This document shows positions 58,269 through 60,961 of a stretch of 60,961 bases of DNA, one piece after another. This DNA comes from a virus (taxonomy: Duplodnaviria > Caudoviricetes). Position numbers and translations under genes: made by a program. Where the stretch lies: positions 1-60,961 of the IMG/VR virus record IMGVR_UViG_3300032323_001252; one strand, 5' to 3'. The notes below the pieces were generated by a model. It saw only the letters and a list, made by a program, of their open reading frames with translations, had not been told where the DNA came from and made no database searches. Positions within the stretch are counted from its first letter, which is position 1. Every line of letters starts with the position of its first letter.

Positions 58269-58868
58269 TTAGAAGTTGTTAAGTTTTTTATTTGCAAGTA
58301 AAGATTTCATATAGGTACTGTGGTTTTGTTTCCATTCCTCTGTTTTTCTATAATTTGCTTTAGGTCTTGGTTTACGCATTATTTCTATCCACTCTGCTGT
58401 CTTTTCTCTAGGAACCCTATCAGGATTACTTTTGCAACATTTCTGATGTATACTTAAGTTACCTTTTCCACCTAATTCTTTATTACAATATTCACAATTA
58501 AACTTAGGAGGCACAAATCCTTTATTTGCCTTAGACATATTATCAATCCAAGTCTGAGATCTTTTTGCCCCTTTTCGTAACAAGCTAAGTTTTTGCTTAA
58601 CTTCTTCAGTGTGATTTTTTAATCCACCACCACCTTCGTTTTTATTTAATACATTGTATCCCCAATGTCTAAACTGTTCTATCCAATATGATTCTAACGG
58701 TTTCCAATCTTTTTTATCTTCTGACTCTATTTCATCTATATAGTCAAAATTAATTTGAGATCCGAACTTTAATTTATGACCAGATTTTCTAGTTTTAATT
58801 GATGTCTTACCTACATAAACTGTATAAGGGTTATCATCAATGTTAGTAACTATATATATTTTTGCCAT
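58269..58868 (-). mobile_element. GIY-YIG-like homing endonuclease
   Basis: IYIVTN...YVGKT...R...H; LE.YWIEQF..WG...LNKN.GGGG; HTEE.K.KLS; CEYC..H..C. Confidence 0.8.
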
Positions 58869-58870
58869 AA

Positions 58871-60640
58871 TTAATTGAACATTGAATAGCCTGTTAACTT
58901 GATTGTGTCTGTAGATAAATTGATTCCTAGTTGATAACCTGTCTTAGAAGCAGCGTCCATTACTGGGCTCACTCTAATAGATGTATTAAGATCTAGAGGA
59001 TTACCTACAGAAGAGAAGCGTAACTTGAATGGTGTAAACTTACCTGTTACAGGGTTCTTTACATCTTTATCAATAGATCCAAACTTAACCTTGCCCTCTT
59101 TGTTATCTACGAATGTATACCATGTGTTAGGTAGATCATTGAAGATTTGCTCAAACTTGATCTTAGTAGGATCGTATGTAAACTCAAACTGCAGTGCTGC
59201 CACATTACCTGTGTTAGCATCTACCTCTACAGGAATATCAATTGTACTAGCTGTAGTAACAATGTTCTTTAAGTTTACATTAATAGAAGGAATGTTCTGT
59301 GTAGTGTTAATTAATAAGTGAGCTGTAGATGATGCTGCTAAGTTCTTTCTTAAACTAGGAACAGCATTTGTAGCTACAGAGTTACCAATCATCACTTGTG
59401 AACTGTGTGATCTATTAATGTCACCAGGGATAACAAAACGTAACTTCAATGGAAGATTCTCACCAATGTTTCCTGTCTTGAAGCGTACATAGTTGTTATT
59501 TAAGTTTTTCCAAGAACTAGATGTAGCTGCATTAAATGTAGCAACATCAAATGTAGGTACACTCATATACATATCTGTACCAGCAGTATAGTTTTGTGGT
59601 AATGTAACTAAGTTTTCTACGCCTGTTACTTGAGAGAACAGTCGGACTAAGTCACCACCATCAAATAGTTTATTCCTATTTACATCAGCAGCATAGTAAC
59701 CCATGCCTGTGATGATGTTCTGGTTTTTGAATGTACCATCTAAGTTCTGTGTAACAAACTCAGCTTGTGCTGTGGTGTAGTCAGAGACAGTAACAGCAGC
59801 AGAAGATAAGTCTTTCACTGAGTCCATGTTAAATAGAACACGAACATGATATACTCTATTAGGTTGGAATCTAGTTTGATCTACAGGTATTGTACCATCA
59901 GACAAAGCATCTACTAAGTATGTAGTGTTAGCTACAGAGTCTGTGAATGCCACACGATGTAATGAAAAAGCGTTTACATTAGCGTTTATATCTAATGTAG
60001 GGTTAACATATCTACTAGCTGTAGGATCTAGCATGATTACACTAGTTAAAGGTGTAGTCATGATTGTAGAACCATTGGTGCCATTCTGATTGAAGGCAGC
60101 AGCAAAGTTCATTCTAATTGGATCCCATGCAAATCCAGGAGCTGTAGGTCTTAGTCTGTATCTAAGATTAATAAGTTTACCTACCCCTAGCCCCCCTTGA
60201 TTAACTGACCAGTTTATATATACACGAAGGATCGATTTAGATCCTCCTTGTGTGTAGTTGTATGCACTGTTAAAATATCTAACAGTACCATCAGCAACAT
60301 TATTAGCTTGTGTAGATACCCAATTGTATCCAGGGTAATCTTGATGACTCAAACTAACCTGAGAATTTGCAGGAAGAACACTACCTACTGGAGTGTTAGT
60401 TACACCTAACAACTGTAGAGCTGTATTAGTGTATTCAAAATCAAAATATAAAGAACGAGTGGAAGTGTTTCCATTGCCATCAGCATGTATTTCTACATCT
60501 AATGTATCCCCTTTGTTAATAACAGATCCGCGTGTGTTTATGTTATTAGTGTCGTTAGGGAAGTAAAGTTTAACCGTTTGACCATACAAATGTCCAGTTA
60601 ATAAACAAATAAACTGGACAATCAATAAGAGTTTTTTCAT
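58871..60640 (-). CDS. Exported cohesin- and dockerin-like domain protein
   Basis: Signal peptide; cohesin-like ..FDFEY and ALQFEFTYDP.KIKF; dockerin-like AADVNRNKLFDGGDL and GDINRSHS. Confidence 0.7.
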   Translation of the reverse strand: MKKLLLIVQFICLLTGHLYGQTVKLYFPNDTNNINTRGSVINKGDTLDVEIHADGNGNTSTRSLYFDFEYTNTALQLLGVTNTPVGSVLPANSQVSLSHQDYPGYNWVSTQANNVADGTVRYFNSAYNYTQGGSKSILRVYINWSVNQGGLGVGKLINLRYRLRPTAPGFAWDPIRMNFAAAFNQNGTNGSTIMTTPLTSVIMLDPTASRYVNPTLDINANVNAFSLHRVAFTDSVANTTYLVDALSDGTIPVDQTRFQPNRVYHVRVLFNMDSVKDLSSAAVTVSDYTTAQAEFVTQNLDGTFKNQNIITGMGYYAADVNRNKLFDGGDLVRLFSQVTGVENLVTLPQNYTAGTDMYMSVPTFDVATFNAATSSSWKNLNNNYVRFKTGNIGENLPLKLRFVIPGDINRSHSSQVMIGNSVATNAVPSLRKNLAASSTAHLLINTTQNIPSINVNLKNIVTTASTIDIPVEVDANTGNVAALQFEFTYDPTKIKFEQIFNDLPNTWYTFVDNKEGKVKFGSIDKDVKNPVTGKFTPFKLRFSSVGNPLDLNTSIRVSPVMDAASKTGYQLGINLSTDTIKLTGYSMFN

Positions 60641-60961
60641 TATAATAGTTTATTAATCAGAGAGTTACAAGACTTTTTGATTGCACTACTTAGGTTAGTT
60701 TGGTTAAATTTTCCACCTTCGTCAATGAGTAACGTAGACATAGACACTTCTTCTGCAGACTCTTCTACAATAGCAGTCTTAATCACCTTACCTTTATCTA
60801 ATAATTTACCTCTCATCCTAATCACCACAGCATCTGTGTTCTTGTGAAAGACTGATAGGTTTGATTGAGTTTTTAATACATCTAAGTATAAGATCTCCAC
60901 CTCTACAGTTTTAGTAGCATAGGGATTAAGTGTAAGATCTTTCTCTTCCACTATAAATTCC
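60640..60961 (-). CDS. Hypothetical protein, C-terminal part (start outside window)
   Basis: Frame open to window edge; ends FNQTNLSSAIKKSC, like FNQSTIGTTTKKAL of the CsgG-like gene. Confidence 0.65.
   Translation of the reverse strand, partial: EFIVEEKDLTLNPYATKTVEVEILYLDVLKTQSNLSVFHKNTDAVVIRMRGKLLDKGKVIKTAIVEESAEEVSMSTLLIDEGGKFNQTNLSSAIKKSCNSLINKLL

Noticed and set aside
1-60961. Stop-codon reassignment as in some crAss-like phages
   Set aside because: Long genes are intact in code 11; TAA, TAG and TGA all end well-packed genes; no suppressor tRNA seen
1-60961. CRISPR array, reverse transcriptase (DGR/retron), integrase, inteins
   Set aside because: No spaced direct repeats, RT, recombinase or intein motifs recognised; terL, PolB and nrdJ are uninterrupted

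Overview
A 61 kb segment of an AT-rich crAss-like (Crassvirales-type) tailed phage genome in standard genetic code, probably infecting Bacteroidota (TAnnTTTG-type promoters). It has three strand blocks. (1) Minus strand 1-8244: head and packaging genes (major capsid protein N-terminus, acidic scaffold-like protein, portal, large terminase, HU/IHF-like protein). (2) Plus strand 8660-44533: early genes, a structured-RNA island, a MoxR/VWA pair, PolB, helicases, primase, UDG, class II RNR, RecA, dUTPase, GroES and a glycosyltransferase/methyltransferase cluster. (3) Minus strand 44601-60961: small basic 'KxQxGG' proteins, a ferritin-like protein, Thr-rich mucin-like and modular fibre proteins with an embedded glycosyltransferase, and a signal-peptide module (CsgG-like, cohesin/dockerin, lipoprotein). 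Top observations: six free-standing homing endonucleases, five leaving visible duplicated gene termini (both ends of nrdJ included); a candidate virion O-glycosylation system; a phage-encoded outer-membrane module; a tRNA-like RNA with an expanded anticodon region; and a TTT-free duplicated first gene at the strand switch. All family calls come from motifs recognised by eye, not from database searches.
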